From Octopus vulgaris (lineage: Eukaryota), in the NCBI GenBank assembly GCA_951406725.2, contig OX597820.1:89032001-89096000 (forward strand): a stretch of DNA of 64,000 nucleotides, read 5' to 3'. The notes beneath the pieces are model-generated. The model did not search any database and was not told the origin of the DNA. It was given only the letters and a program-made list of their open reading frames with translations. The translations under genes and the position numbers were made by a program. This document shows, piece after piece, positions 1-13,743 of the stretch (position 1 is its first letter; the number at the start of each line of letters is the position of its first letter).

Positions 1-59
1 GTCAAACCATCCAACCCATGCTGGTATGGACAATGGACATTAAATGATGGTGATAATGA

Positions 60-90
<31 letters not shown>

Positions 91-1621
91 GCACACAAAT
101 ATATATGAATGTATATATGTACACAACACATACAAGAATTATATTTTTGTTACACATAATGTACACATGCATATATGAGGGGAAATATTCTTTCATTTTG
201 TGAATATAAACTGAAAGTGAGAAATACTGACACTATTTGATGATTTCCAAGTGAATGTAGCAAATAGACATTGTGACCATCCACCTTTTTTTCTTTTTTC
301 CTTTTCAAAATGTCTTTGGGTACCTGTTTTCAGTAACAGAGTTTTGGAGATTAAGATTTTGCCAACAGAAAAAGAAAAAGTATGACAGCATTTCAAATCT
401 TCTCCCTAACACCAATATTTTGCTTTTAAACTTTACAATTTTTTTTCTCCCTTTTTTGTTTGTTTGTTTGTTTAGGAGAGTATTCTACATTTAAAAAATA
501 CTAAGGTAAAAATATTCTTTAAAAATTTTATTTTCAAAATATCAATATTGATTGCATATAGGCAACTGAGTAGACCTATGATCCAACCCATTCCATTGTG
601 ACCATCCTATATTTGTAGATTTATGTAGGAATACAGTATTTAATACATCCTTTCATTATTTACCACAATTGTAGGGAAATTAGGTTGCTATTTCTAGCAG
701 GCTAATCAATACTTCGAGGTTTTCTCTTAAGCAAGATGTTTTTCCCCAGTGATTACCACAGCAATAGTGTCATTAACTGTTGCAATGTCAAGAAGACACT
801 TCAGAAAGGAGCAATTATAGACATCAAATTGATGAATTTGATGAACCAAGTCATCAAAGTGGTGGTGAGTAACAGTACACCTAATTAGGGAGATAATTAA
901 CTTAGATCATTTCAATTTCAACATTTCAATTCTAAGATAACATTATTATACTTCTGTCAACAGTGGGAGAAAACTCAACTTAATTACTCCACTCATGTGA
1001 TCCAATAAAGGAGCCTGTATTATGGGTAGTCAAACTTGCAAGAAATAGCATCTAAATCTTCAAAGCATGTCCTTCTGTAATAGAAGGGAAGGACATGTTG
1101 CATAATGTGATTTTGGGTTACCATGAGAAAAACAGGATGGTCACATCTTGAACAGTTTTGATTTCATTAAGAAACAAATGATAATTTTTTTTTTCCTATT
1201 ACAGGCATGGAAATTATCATTTTCTACTAAATTGTTGATGCTGAATCCAGATCTGATAATCAAATTTCTGTATCGCATCCAAATTTTGTATAACCAAGTC
1301 CCCAACACACCATTTTCATTCCCTTTCCCATCTTGGCTTCCATTGCATAAAAAGATGTTAATTCTCTTATGCTAGTCATCATCTGTATCATCTTCATTGT
1401 AACAGCTTCTTTTCCATGCTTGCATGGGTTGGATGGAGTTTTATTGAGGCAGATTTTGTTTTTTTTTATAGCTGATTACCCTCCCTGCCAACAGCACTCA
1501 CTTGTTTCCAAACAAGGTAATATTTTCCCATAGCTGAAAATCACATATATGACACTCACTCCATCTAGTCTTCTGTAACAATATAATATTCTTCTGATCT
1601 ATTCTTTTTTCACACTGAGGA

Positions 1622-1693
1622 GAACGGTAATATGTAATTAATTTGATTATAATTATAATCAAATTAATTTTTTACATGTTAATATTACCGTTC
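1622..1693. repeat. AT-rich palindrome (perfect 34-bp core 1636-1669 plus 12-bp outer arms)
   Basis: aattaatttgattataattataatcaaattaatt is its own reverse complement; flanked by gaacggtaatat / atattaccgttc. Confidence 0.9.
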
Positions 1694-2544
1694 AAAATGA
1701 TCGTATGCATAGATTAAAATTTTATAAAACTTTTAACACCTCCTCTCCATCTTTAATTGTTTGTTGAGTTTCTATAGAATACATGTTCCATAAATGCTCA
1801 TGACACACCTTATACTTATATATATATATATGACAAATCCATTCATAAGACTTTGGTTGGCCTAGGGTTATAGCAGAAGACACCTACCCAGGGTGTCACA
1901 CAGTGGGGCTGAATCCAGAACTATGTGATTGGGAAGCAAACTTTTTACCACACAGCCATACTTAAATAATATCAAAATTTGTCTTTCTTTCTTCTGACTA
2001 AGAGCAGACTGTAGAGTTTCACAGACAAAGCTACCATCCCAGTACCCAATCATCTAATCAATGTATGTAGATCATTAAGTCATTCCTGCCAAAAGGTATA
2101 TTTCTATTGTGAAGTGAGACTTTGTTGTAGTCTCAACATTTGTTGTTTGTGGAATAAAAATCTCCCTTTGTACAGGAACCAACAATAATCACCCCTCATA
2201 TTTCAGATGAAGTTCACTTGACATCTATTTTCTTTAATAGGGACCTGTAGGAAAATACTTACCATGCTCATTGTTTATATGCCCAATACTGGCAGGGAAG
2301 TAGTCAAGAACCTAAAGAATGGGATTAAATGAAACATCCTTCATCCCTTTCTCTTATAATGAGTTCAGCATGTAACCTCTGAGTGCATTTTAATTTTCAG
2401 TTTTGTCATTCCTAGTCTGAGGTCCTTGTATTTAGTGTAATGAAGAATAATGAGTTGTAGATGACAACTATGGATATGAAGGTGAGTGCCAACACCAGCT
2501 TATAACTTTGCATCTGTCAGTATTCCATTGAATTTATCCTTTAA

Positions 2545-3015
2545 GTATTGATTTCAATTTTTGGCACAAGGCCAGCAATTTTGGGGAAAGAGATAAATTG
2601 ATTACATCTACCCCAGCACTGAGCTCATGCTTATTTTATCAACCCTGAAAAGAGGAAAAGCTAAGTTGACCTTGAGGACATTTGAGCTCAAAGCATGATG
2701 TATGAAATGCTTCTAAGCGTTTTGCCCAGCAGGTAAACGATTCTGCCAGCTCATCAATATATTTGTCCTTTAAATATTGGTTTCAAGTTTTGGCATGAGG
2801 CCAGCAACTTCAAAGGAAGGCATAAGTCGATTACATCTACCCCAGCACTCAGCTGTTACCTACCTTATTGAACTCAACTAGTACTTACCTTATTGACCGT
2901 GAAAAGATGAAAGGCAAAATCAACTTCAATGGAATTTGAACTCAGAGCATGGAGACAGATGAAATACCGTTAAGCAACTTGCCTGGTTTGCTAACATTTC
3001 AATTGACTCGCCACC
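2545..3015 (-). mobile_element. Two degenerate tandem copies of the Meta/MESC-like tRNA SINE
   Basis: ttttggcacaaggccagc...gaaaggcaaa.tcaac...gaatttgaactcag pattern occurs twice. Confidence 0.7.
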
Positions 3016-3574
3016 TTTTTTATTCTTTAAATATTGGCAGCATTCCTTTAATGAACCATACCTTTCACACAATTCTGAGGCCAAGTTTGATGGGATGAGG
3101 ATTCGTTTTAAGGTGATCAATCAGTACTGGTTGTTGCACATTGCATTCACCAACACAGTCAGTTCTTGATTGCCAGTCGAGCTTTTTGTAACGGTTCTTT
3201 CCTGCTATTCCAGAGAAACAAGAGGCACATATATTTTGTCTTTCCAAGAAACAAAGATATAACTTTAAAAACACCACTAATATTTCATTCTCTGTTATCT
3301 TTTATCTTTTACTTGTTTCAGTCAGTAGACTGTGGCCATGCTGGAGTATCACCTTGAAGAAGTTTTAGTTGAATGTCTTGATCCTAGCACTTATATTTTT
3401 AATCCTGGTTTTTATTCTATTGGTCTCTTGAAGAGCCTAAAGAAATTCTAACAGAAATTTATCAGACTTCAATAACATGCATCATTCTTTCTATGTTTTC
3501 CTGACAAGATTGATCTAAAATTACAAACGACTTATTGACTGATATCAGAGAAGACATAAACATGGGTTTCATTC

Positions 3575-4575
3575 TTCTTTAGGTGTCATGTCCAGAATGT
3601 AGGACATTGGCAATCATGTCCTGCCACAATTCTCTGTTCTGTTTCATCAAGCTTGACATCCATATCACCCTTCTCCTTCCTCTGCTTATTTTTCCTTTCA
3701 ATCTTTCTGGTTATTGCTAAATTCTCTAAGCCTTGTTTTCTCATTACATAACTAAAAAATCTCAGTTGCTTAGCCCTTATCCCATGAAACAATTCCCTAT
3801 TACTGCAGCCCAGATCATCACTTCTTCATTAGATACTTTGTCCATTCTATCCTCAATATTCTCCTTAAAAACCACATTTCACAACTCTCCTAGCATTTTC
3901 TCATTCCTGATGTTACAGACCATTTCTCACTTCCATACATTAACATAGGGTAGATATAGCAGTTTGATATATGGACCTTGGTGGTGTTGATGCTCAAAGT
4001 ACGGTTTCTCAAGACAAACAATTTTGAGAATGCAAATTTTACCTGCACTATTTTCTTTTGATCTCCTTCCCACAACTTGCATCTTCAGTGATCAAAGTTC
4101 CAAGTAAGTTGAAGGATGATACCTGCATAATGATTTGATTGTTCACTTTGGACTTTCCTTCTCTGTAATCACCTTACACTCTGTCTTCTCTAACTACTCT
4201 TCTGATTCTGCAAGTAAGACAGTCATCTGCATATATTATGTTTGTGATGTTTCTACCTTCTTGTGATCAATTTGCTATAATAATTGAAGAGATCTGGTAA
4301 CATAACACAACCTTGTCTAACCTCTTTCCTAGTGCTAGTGTATTCACTGCATTCTCCATCCACCTTTATGCATCTGATTAGTTCCAATATAGACTGCAAA
4401 ATTTGGAGGTCTTTCCCTTGCTGATCAAGGTTACTGAGTTCTTCAAATAACATATCATGTCTTACTTTGTCAAAGGACTATGTGCAAACCATGAAAAACA
4501 TGAAGGCATCTTTTTGCATCTCCACCACCGGCTCTGTTATTATTGTCAATACAAAAATAGCATTCCTAATACCAT
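3575..4575 (-). mobile_element. Decayed RTE-clade LINE, RT domain through 3' end
   Basis: Translations VRQGCVMLPDLFN.Y, NITNIIYADD, LMYGSE.W, RKQGLENLAITRKIE; stops and frameshifts; tail ...cacctaaagaagaa. Confidence 0.85.
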
Positions 4576-4613
4576 TTAACATGTGTGAAGATGTTATTCA
4601 CTTAGAGAAATTT

Positions 4614-5100
4614 TAGTTTAAGTACCCCATACAACCCCTCATAATTTTTTTATTTTTTGGAATTTTCAGAAAATCTTTGTGAATTTGTATTATACACACA
4701 AGAATTCGTATGATTATGAAGAAAAAAAAAAAGGACAATTTAGCTGCTGTTTTTAGCTAATTTCACAATCACCTGATACTGTCCTCGTTTCTTTGTCACT
4801 CTAATATATAATGATGTTTTTCAATATTTTTCTCCCCATAAACATATTTAATGGAATGATGATGCACTTAAAGAGTGGTCTATTGCTGGATTTAGGCAAA
4901 AAATTCAGACTGTTCATATTTTAAAGTCTGATTTAAGAAAAAAAAAAATTGAAAAACAGGGGAACTTTTAAGATTTGGGGAGTGGGGTTTAAAATTTTAT
5001 CTTTTCATTTTCACATGAAACCCTGTATGTAGAACACAAATTCAAAAAAATTTTCAGAAAATTACAAAAAATAGAAAAGTTATATGGGGTGTTTAAACCA
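4614..5100. mobile_element. Degenerate MITE-like element with ~80-bp imperfect terminal inverted repeats
   Basis: tagtttaagtaccccatacaac...gaatttgtattataca mirrors tgtagaacacaaattc...atatggggtgtttaaacca. Confidence 0.55.
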
Positions 5101-5642
5101 GAAACCCACCACTTAGTTTACTTAAGCCCTTCACTTCCTAAGGACTTTTCTTCATTGTTCTCCACTTAGGTTGGAGTCAGGAAAGGCATAATTATGGACA
5201 CTGTGTCAAAACTGCAATGTCTGAGTGAAAATGATCCTCCAACTTGTATAGGAAGGCTGCAACTCCAATAAAAACTGACTTGGAGAGTTTAAGCCATGCC
5301 AACATGGAAAACAAATGTATGATGATGATGCATCCTAAACTACATTTTTCAGTGTACACTCCTTCTTTTTATAAGACGGTAACTGTGGTTTGGAAGAGAT
5401 TGGGCTGCTATCTCTAAAAAGTTGAACAACTGCATAGAGGTGCACTCACTGGCTCAATGATGATGAAGATGATGAAGGTGATGACGATGATGATTTTTTT
5501 TGTAAAAGGCACATCTGATATGTATTGGAAAACATTTTATTAAATATAAGTTTTATCAAATACACAAAAAAATAAAATCACACATTTTAAATAAAAATTA
5601 TAAACAATTCAGAGAACAATGTATGTATATATATATATATAT

Positions 5643-6365
5643 TGGCCTCTGTGCTGTGGGCACGTAACAAACACCATCCGATCGTGGCCGTTCGCCAGCC
5701 TCATCTGGCACCTGTGTCGGTGGCACATAAAAACACCATCCGAAGACCCGGCAAGACTAGTCAGGCCATAACCTGTGGCCCCTACCTGGGACGTAGTCAG
5801 TCCACCTGTGCATACCTTCCTTCTTGTGACACTTGTGAAGACCTGTTGAGGCAAGTGAAAATCAAAACAAATCAAAATAGATGAACATCAATGGAATTTG
5901 TATCTTTGTGGTACCAGTGCCGGTGGCACGTGGCACACAAGAAAACCATCTGAACGTGGCCATAGCCAGTACCGCATCGACTGGCCTCCGTGCTGTGGGC
6001 ACGTAACAAACACCATCCGATCGTGGCCGTTTTCCAGCCTCATCTGGCACCTGTGTCGGTGGCACATAAAAACACCATCCGAGCGTGGCCGTCTGCCAGC
6101 CTCGTCTGGCACCTGTGTCGGTGGCACATAAAAAAACACCATCCGAGCGTGGCCGTTTGCCAGCCTCGTCTAGCACCTGTGTCGGTTGCACATAAAATCA
6201 CCCACTACACTCTTGGAGTGGTTGGCGTTAGGAAGGGCATCCAGCTGTAGAAACACTGCCAGATCTGACTGGACTGGTGCAGCTTTCGGGCTCCCCAGAC
6301 CCCAGTTGAACCGTCCAACCCATGCTAGCATGGAAAGCGGACGTTAAATGAAGATGATGATGATA
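5643..6365 (+). mobile_element. RTE-tail SINE-like repeat (family B) with internal ~60-bp tandem subrepeats and (ATG)n tail
   Basis: Conserved 3' block ggagtggttggcgttaggaagggcatccagctgtagaaac...ccaacccatgctagcatggaaagcggacgttaaa; further copies near 14000-14360, 18365-18650, 24905-25270(-), 26325-26575, 27810-28115(-), 29630-30090, 30347-30490(-), 52850-53190, 59925-60255. Confidence 0.8.
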
Positions 6366-6426
6366 CATATATATATATAGATATATATATATATAATGGA
6401 ATAATTACTATGAAGCATTGTGTAGA

Positions 6427-6702
6427 ATATATTGTATAAAGGATTGTGGGTAAGGCCAAAACAATGTGAAGTAAATGCAAGGTAAATCACAAGAAAACAA
6501 ATATGTGAATTAATGTAGACTTTGTATTCAATATTTCGGGGTTATGACCCCATTTTCAAGAAATTGATGAATGTTGCCGATGTGCATGTGTGTGAGCATA
6601 TTTCTTGAAAATGGGGTCATAACCCCGAAATATTGAATACAAGGTAAGTCTACATTAATTCACATTGTTTTGGCCTAACCCACGATCGTTTATACAATAT
6701 AT
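6427..6702. mobile_element. Inverted repeat, Penelope-like terminus with hammerhead-like variant core
   Basis: Arms ~6427-6565 and ~6600-6702; each carries TTGAAAA-T-GGGG-tcataa-CCCC-GAAA-TATT. Confidence 0.6.
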
Positions 6703-7902
6703 ATATGTATATAATTTCTCAATTAGATTATCACAAAAGGTTACAAAAAATTGATAACAATGAAGAAACAGGATGCTAAATATGAGTCCATTTCAACTGT
6801 GAGTTCTGTATAAGCAATTACTTTGTGCATCACTAAGAATACAAATATGGGTGTCTGTCTGTCTGTCTGGTTACCATTTGAATTTTCATTGGGATAATTA
6901 TTTATATTCTTGATGCCTCTTGTTAATCTTGTTATATTTCAGGATAGTTTTTATTTATTTATTTTTTGCCAAATAAACATGTATCATATATTGGTTCTTC
7001 ACTTGTTTATTATTGTTCTTTTTTTTCAGGAAACACATGGCTGAAGAGGTCACAGAGGTGTGATAAAAGATTTTCAGACAATGGACATAAGATAAAATAA
7101 GAAAAATAATAAACAAATGAAGAACGAATTTATAGTGCATGTGTTTATTTTGAAAAAAAAAAAAAAAATGAAATATAACAGTATCTGTGAGTATAAATAT
7201 AAACAAATTAGCATTTATTTTTTATTAGAAGCATCGAAAAGTGTATTGTACAATACAAACAGGAAGATATTTTTCAAACACATAATTGCCATTAGAACAG
7301 CAGAAATACTGGGTAAATTACCCTTACAAGGCAGAGAAATATCTTGTTTATATTATACCATAACAGTATCTGTTTCAGCACATGATATCATATCAGGAAT
7401 CTTGCAAAACAAATCCATAAACGTATTAGTTAATCCTTTTTGGTATCAATTTGTCTGAGTTCCTCTTGGTTCTTTCATACAAAAATCATCTCTTTTCTTC
7501 CATTTTTTTTTTATTATTGCTTAGTCAAGAAGAAAAGGTAGTGTCCACAACTCTTTACAAGACCTTGAGAAAGAATGAGGGCAGAAGGTATCCTTGAATT
7601 ATGGATGTGACTTAAATATTTACAAGAGAGTGAACTCTGCTAAAGTTACCGAAGGACCAAGTAATGGTTGTTAAACCAAGTGACTGATTATGTCTAACAC
7701 CCATCTCATCTAATGTATTCATACTTGAACAAATTAATAAATAATTAAAAAATAAAGGAAAAATCCATCATAATTTTCTGTAAAAACCTTTTAGTTAATT
7801 TCTATACCAAACACCAACAAATGGAAAAGTTAGTTATTTTATTGAACTCCTCAAAATTTTTATTAAAAAAAAAGAGAAATAATAATTAAAAGTAAGCAGT
7901 GT

Positions 7903-8109
7903 TTAACCCTTTAGCATACCCAGTCCAAATATTCTACCTGTTTTATGTTTAAACTGGTCAAATCCAGTTTCTTTCACCAATGTCATTAAAAAAATTAACA
8001 ATCACATCATCGAAGTCTTGAATCTACAAGATAGTATATAATTAATTTAGAACAATGTGAATAAATAAGCATTACAGTTGACAAGGCAATCTGAATGCTA
8101 AGGGGTTAA
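7903..8109. mobile_element. piggyBac-like MITE (TTAA target, CCCTTTAGCAT-type TIR)
   Basis: ttaa-ccctttagcat ... atgctaagggg-ttaa; related copies at 36588-36811 and partial near 32397. Confidence 0.75.
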
Positions 8110-9031
8110 ATTATTTATTTTGTGGTCACAAAAGGGGTTATCAGTGCTGAAAATTCTTGCAGATTCCACCAAAAGGATATTGATATTGTTATGTTCAGCT
8201 TGTATTTAAGGTTAGGATTTATAGAGAGAGATTTGGGTGAAGATAGAGAAATGGTACCAGGGAGATGAAGAGGTATAATTGAGCTGCAATTAGTTGGACA
8301 TTTGGAGGCCAAGATACAGAGGTCAAGAAGGACAGTCAGGTGCACCAAGTAAGTTTTCACGGGAAGGTACACAGAGCTAGTATTTCCATTTAGCCAACTA
8401 TGCAGCTGCTTAGGGAGCAATACTGACCCTTGATGGGTCATAGTTTTATATAAATTATCTTTTTTTAAAGAAACAAATATAAAATGAAAAAAAAAATTAT
8501 CAATGTAATAGTTCATAGTTAATTGTCATTTCTTAATTTTTTTTTTGTTTTCAGCATCAAGAAAACTGAAATGAATACAATTTGTATCACAGTGATCTCA
8601 TATACTTTTTACTTCATGATTTTAGTGAGCAATGGTTGATAAAAAAAAAAATGATGGTCTGGAGAAACAAAGACACACACATAGATGTATACATATACAG
8701 ATACACACACACATACACGATGGGCTTCTTTCAGTTTCCATCTACCAAATTCACTCACAAGGCTATGGTAGAAGACACTTACACAAGGTGCCATGCAGTG
8801 GGACTGAACCCAGAACCATGTGGTTTCTGCTATAAGATTCAGTGGACTCTTAGTTGAGTGTCTGAAAAATATCCTATAGCTTCATCAGAGCCTCAAATAT
8901 GAAGTGCAATTCATTTAAGAAAAAAAGACTTACATTTTTGCAACATATATTTTTTAGTCTCTTTTGGCAGAAGGCTGTCATTGGAGAGAGATTTAGTTGG
9001 TATTTCTAGAAGATGCAACAATCGTGTAGAA

Positions 9032-9184
9032 CAGTTGTGGGCAACCTGCAGCTGCACACAAGTCTTTTTGGATACAAAGCCTTAACAAAACCAAAAAATT
9101 ACCTCAAACTTTTAGTAGTGTGGCCCACCAAACAATAAGCCATGTCACATACAACCTGCTTCTTGTAAAAGGTTGCTGGCTCTG
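9032..9184. mobile_element. Degenerate hAT-like MITE
   Basis: cagttgtgggcaacct ... aggttgctggctctg imperfect CAG-type TIRs. Confidence 0.45.
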
Positions 9185-9662
9185 TCGTTGGCTTGTGGTC
9201 ATTAATGTTCTCTCAAAAGGATGAAATAATAATTAATAATTATAGAAGGATGTGTTTTTAATCTGAGATCAAAGCATGAACAAGGAGTATGTGAACAATC
9301 AGTCTAATTGTGGTTAATATGAAAAAAAAAAAAATTTTGAAATTAAGATATTTATCCAATATCTTTTATTTGTTTCAGTCACTATACTGTGGGCATTTCT
9401 TGGGAAATTTTAGTCAAATGAATTGACTCCAGTACCTATATTTTTTTAAGCCTGGTACTTATTTTATTGTTCTTTTTTGCTGAACTGCTAAGTTATGGCG
9501 AATGCAAATACACCAACACACATACATACATGCATATGTACACACACACACACACACATATATGTATAACAAGCTTCTTTGAGATTCCATCTGCTACATC
9601 CACTTACAAAGCTTTGGTCAGCCTGAGAAGACACAGTGGGACTGAACCCAGAACCATATGGT

Positions 9663-9663
9663 A

Positions 9664-9722
<59 letters not shown>
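9663..9722. repeat. (TAA)n microsatellite
   Basis: About 19 units, directly visible. Confidence 0.95.
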
Positions 9723-9723
<1 letters not shown>

Positions 9724-11055
9724 GACTCTTCTATCAAAGACAATGTTTAGCTTTTGCTGAACAAGAGCATGCAAAATGGTTTCATTGCTCTGCGTGCATC
9801 TTGGACAAGCCCGTCTGACTGCACCCCCGTACCTGTAGAGCTTATTGCAAACTGGCAGAGAGCCCCTGGTAGCACTGCCAGTCCAGGGATTTCTGGAAGT
9901 TACCCTGTCTGTCACCTCACCCCAGTTCTTGTCCATTTGGAGGTGTGGACTGAACCAGACCCTGAGCAACTTAACTGGTCCTTTCGTCCAGTACCCCACA
10001 ATGCTGTTGGTCGGCAAGGACCTGCCTCTCTAGATGCTGAGCTGCAGGTCCTCTGACTTCTGGTTAATCATTGCTCCTGCCACTACTTCCTATTCTTTTA
10101 GGGTAGTGCTAACCATCTTGATTTCTGAAACATCCGACACTATCATGGTGACGTTGTCCACATATGCTGACACAAACCTTCCGCATCCTAGTTCATGTGG
10201 GATACTCCTTGAAACACCCAGCTTCCACAGTAATGGCTGAAGTGCCAGTATGTAGAGAAGGGGTGAGAGTGGGCATCTTTGATGGGCCAAATGTCTAATG
10301 CTAAATGATTCTGACAGGTGGCCATTTACTTGTCCTCTGAACAGATGTCACTGTACACTGCAGCGATCCAGCTTCTGAAAATGGGACCAAAACCAGCTGC
10401 CTTAAGGACAGCCTCTGAGTACTGATGGTCAACCCTATTGAAAGCTTTCAATTGATCCAAATTGATGAGGACCCCACCCATGCCATATTCTTTACTGACC
10501 TCTATGATATATCTTATGAGATGGAGGCTGTCGTGAATAGATCTGTTGGGGATAGTGCAAGTCTGTGCATCACCCAACAGTCTGTCAGCAACAAGTGCCA
10601 ACCTCTTTGCTAACAACTTAGCCAAAATTTTGTAATCTGCATTTAGCAGAGTTACTGGCTTTATCAACAATGTCCTCCTTGTTTAGATCCTTTCTCAATA
10701 GCACCACACCCAGGCTCACAGATTGGGAGATTCTCTTGTTCTGCTGCCAGTTGTGGTAGACACCCAACAAAAGCTCACCAAACAAGTCTGGCATATGAAT
10801 ATAAAAATTGAAGGGCAGACCATCCAGTCCCAGAGACTTCTCCATTGTGCAACTAGCCAATGCAACACATATATCTTCATCTGTTATTGGCATTTTGCAG
10901 AACTCCACATCACTGGCCAAAAGCCATGACAGACCATCGAGGTAGGAAGTGAAGTTCACCTCCACATCCAGGCCACCATGTGCCCCATACAGTTCAGCAA
11001 AGTACTGCTGAAATTCTGCAAAATCTACTTGGACTGCTGTAGCATGTGCCCATCA
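9723..11055 (-). mobile_element. Decayed L1/Tx1-clade LINE ORF2 reverse-transcriptase fragment
   Basis: KSLGLDGLPFNFY, PVTLLNADYKILAKLLAKRL, LDQLKAFNRVDH, QRCPLSPLLYILALQPLL, VSAYVDNVT spread across frameshifted ORFs. Confidence 0.9.
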
Positions 11056-12309
11056 CTGATGCTTTTATGATGATAATAAACACTTTAAGTGCTTACATAC
11101 AGTAGAGACTATGTGAAAACTTCTGGCTTAGCGGTTAGGGTGCTAACCTCATGATCACAAGGTTGTGGGTTCAATTCCTGGATCAGGTAGTACATTGTAT
11201 TTTTGAGCAAGAACTTCATGTCACATTACTCTAGTCAACTAAACTGAAAATGACTATCAGCTGATTATTTACACAGCTCCCTCTTCCTCCAACTGGCATA
11301 TTCTCAATGCTCTGTTGGGCCAGTGCTGGGAGGGAGGACAAGATGGTGTTAATATCTACTTGTGATTATAAAGGCACTTGAAACAATTAGCAAAAGCACG
11401 GCATATGCAACCAGGTCATTTTCATTTGTGAGAGACATAGACACATATTTTTTAAAGTAAAGACTTCAACAAAACATCATCACTACCTTGGAAAAACTGT
11501 GAATATTTAAATATTTTTGTAGCATCCAAAATTCAAAAACTGATTTTTTTATGGTTTAGTAGTAGGAGGGATAGGGCCCAAGATATTTTTGGAGTTGTTG
11601 AGACTGGTGTGCAGGAAGGAGTAAATTATTATCAAATGGGGGACATGGTATGAATATCAACAACTAAGTGGACTCTTCTAAATGCACCCAAGGCACCAGA
11701 TGGGTGATGGGTTACATCAATTGACTAATAACTTGTTTTCATTCTGACAGCATTGCTTTTAATGGAGCAATGCCCTTTATTATTCTTTTTACTATATATA
11801 CATATCTAAATAACTTCATTATGACTTATCAAAACAAAAATAGATAAATAAAATATCTTCATCCTGACTATAAAAAAATAAAATAAAATAAAAAATAATT
11901 TTAAAAGATCAGCTATTGTAAATCAGAGAAATTGAGAGTCAAATAGAGTTTCCTAACTTGCCCAGAGATGCAACACAATGTCAAACCTTGAGCTGTCCAC
12001 TTTGTCTGTCTTGACAAGAATTAAAAGTTATGTAAATGATTTTTTCCCTCCCCACTATGGGTGTAGTTTTGATTAATTACATTAATAATTTTAGTACATA
12101 ATAGTATGTAGTCATGTTTGAGCTGATGATTTTCAATGCTTGTAGATCATCTGTTCAGGTTAGTTGTTCATCCTTTTGAATAAACTAATAATCCTTTTGC
12201 AATAGAGCAAATTCTGTTAAAGTTATTCAAGGTGCCAGTTGGTGGTGCTAAACTGGGTAACCAATTAAGTCAACCACCCATGAAGGTTATGGCAAGATTT
12301 GAACTCAGA

Positions 12310-13060
12310 ATGCATGGCTGTGTGGTAAGAAGCTTGCTTCCCAACCACATGGTTCTGGGTTCAGTTTCACTGCTTGGCATCTTGGGCAAGTGTCTTCTAC
12401 TAAGCCTTGAGCTAACCAATGCTTTGGAAGTGGATTTGATAGATGGAAACTGAAAGAAGAGTATATATATATATATATATATATGTAAAATAAGGCGGTT
12501 TTCCCCACCCAAATAAGGTAGTGTTCCAGCATGGCCACAGTCAAATGACTGAAACAAATTAAAGAGTAAAAGAATATATGTTTCTTTATTGCCCACGAGG
12601 GGCTAAACATAGAGGGGACAAACAAGGACAGACAAACGGATTAAGTCGATTACATCGACCCCAGTGCGTAACTGGTACTTAATTTATCGACCCCGAAAGG
12701 ATGAAAGGCAAAGTCGACCTCGGCGGAATTTGAACTCAGAACGCAATGACAGACGCAATACCGCTAAGCATTTCGCCCGGTGTGCTAACGTTTCTGCCAG
12801 CTCGCCGCCGTAGAGTAAAAGAATATATATAAGTTTGTATCTATATGTGCATGTCTTTGTGTCTGTGTTTGTCCTTAAACATTATTTGACAACAAATGTT
12901 GGTGTGTTCATGTCCTTGTAATTTAGCAGTTCAACAAAAGATATTGATAGAAAAAGTACTAGGCTCAAAAAAAAAAAGTCCTGGGATTGATTTGTTCAAC
13001 CAAAATCCTTCAAGGCAGTACCCCAGTATGGCTGCAGTCAAATGACTGAAACAAGTAAAA
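12310..13060 (+). mobile_element. CORE-type tRNA SINE (family A) segments with a nested Meta-type SINE (12580-12810, minus strand)
   Basis: gtggtaagaagcttgcttcccaaccacatggttc...cttgggcaagtgtcttc; nested element flanked by 17-bp TSD agagtaaaagaatatat. Confidence 0.8.
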
Positions 13061-13674
13061 AAAACTCCAGAACAAATACTGCAAGGCATTCAATCCAATG
13101 TGCTTATAGTTCAGTCAATCCAACATTATGGATTGCTTTTTTTTTTTTTTTTTTTTATAAAACCCAAAAGTATGAAAGGCAAAGTGAACCTCAGCCAAAT
13201 TTGAACTCAGAGTGCACAGGGTTGGAACAAAAGCAGTCTGTTTGGTACTTAAATGACTGCTTGTCCACATTAATATATATGAATAATGAATTATATTAGA
13301 ATGATTAACTAAATCCCAGACCAAGAAAGAAAAAAATGGAAATGAAATAAAAAAGGTTTTTGTTTCATTTTTTCTAGTTTTTTTTTAGATGAAAGTATGA
13401 AAGTATCTTAATACAAAAGGATATTAAAATTTTTTCACTATTTAAAATTTTTTTTGACAAGACTTAGAGAAAGTGTAGTGCTTATGATTTTTTTCTCAAT
13501 GGCTCCAAAACCAGGGGAAGGACATTACCTTTAGATCAGGTTCCAAACCTTTGTTTATGATATTTTATAAGTAGATGTTAAAAATAATGCCTAACCCATG
13601 TTCCAGCCCATCATAAAACATCAGCTCTCTTCTCCAAGGCATATGAGACCATAGCTGAAAGGATCTATAAGAAT

Positions 13675-13743
13675 TTATGCATCACTGACATTAAGTTTTT
13701 GCGTTTCAGTGCTGTCCATGGTTTGTAAATAGAACTTTTCATC
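13675..13743 (-). CDS. SLC5 terminal coding exon [22 protein letters not shown]-stop
   Basis: Strong poly-T cag acceptor, phase 0, TAA stop; no motif support, chosen from the splice signal and phase. Confidence 0.7.
   Translation of the reverse strand, partial: DEKFYLQTMDSTETQKLNVSDA

Noticed and set aside
8555-8574. Strong plus-strand acceptor followed by SRKLK-stop
   Set aside because: No upstream partner exons or homology could be identified.
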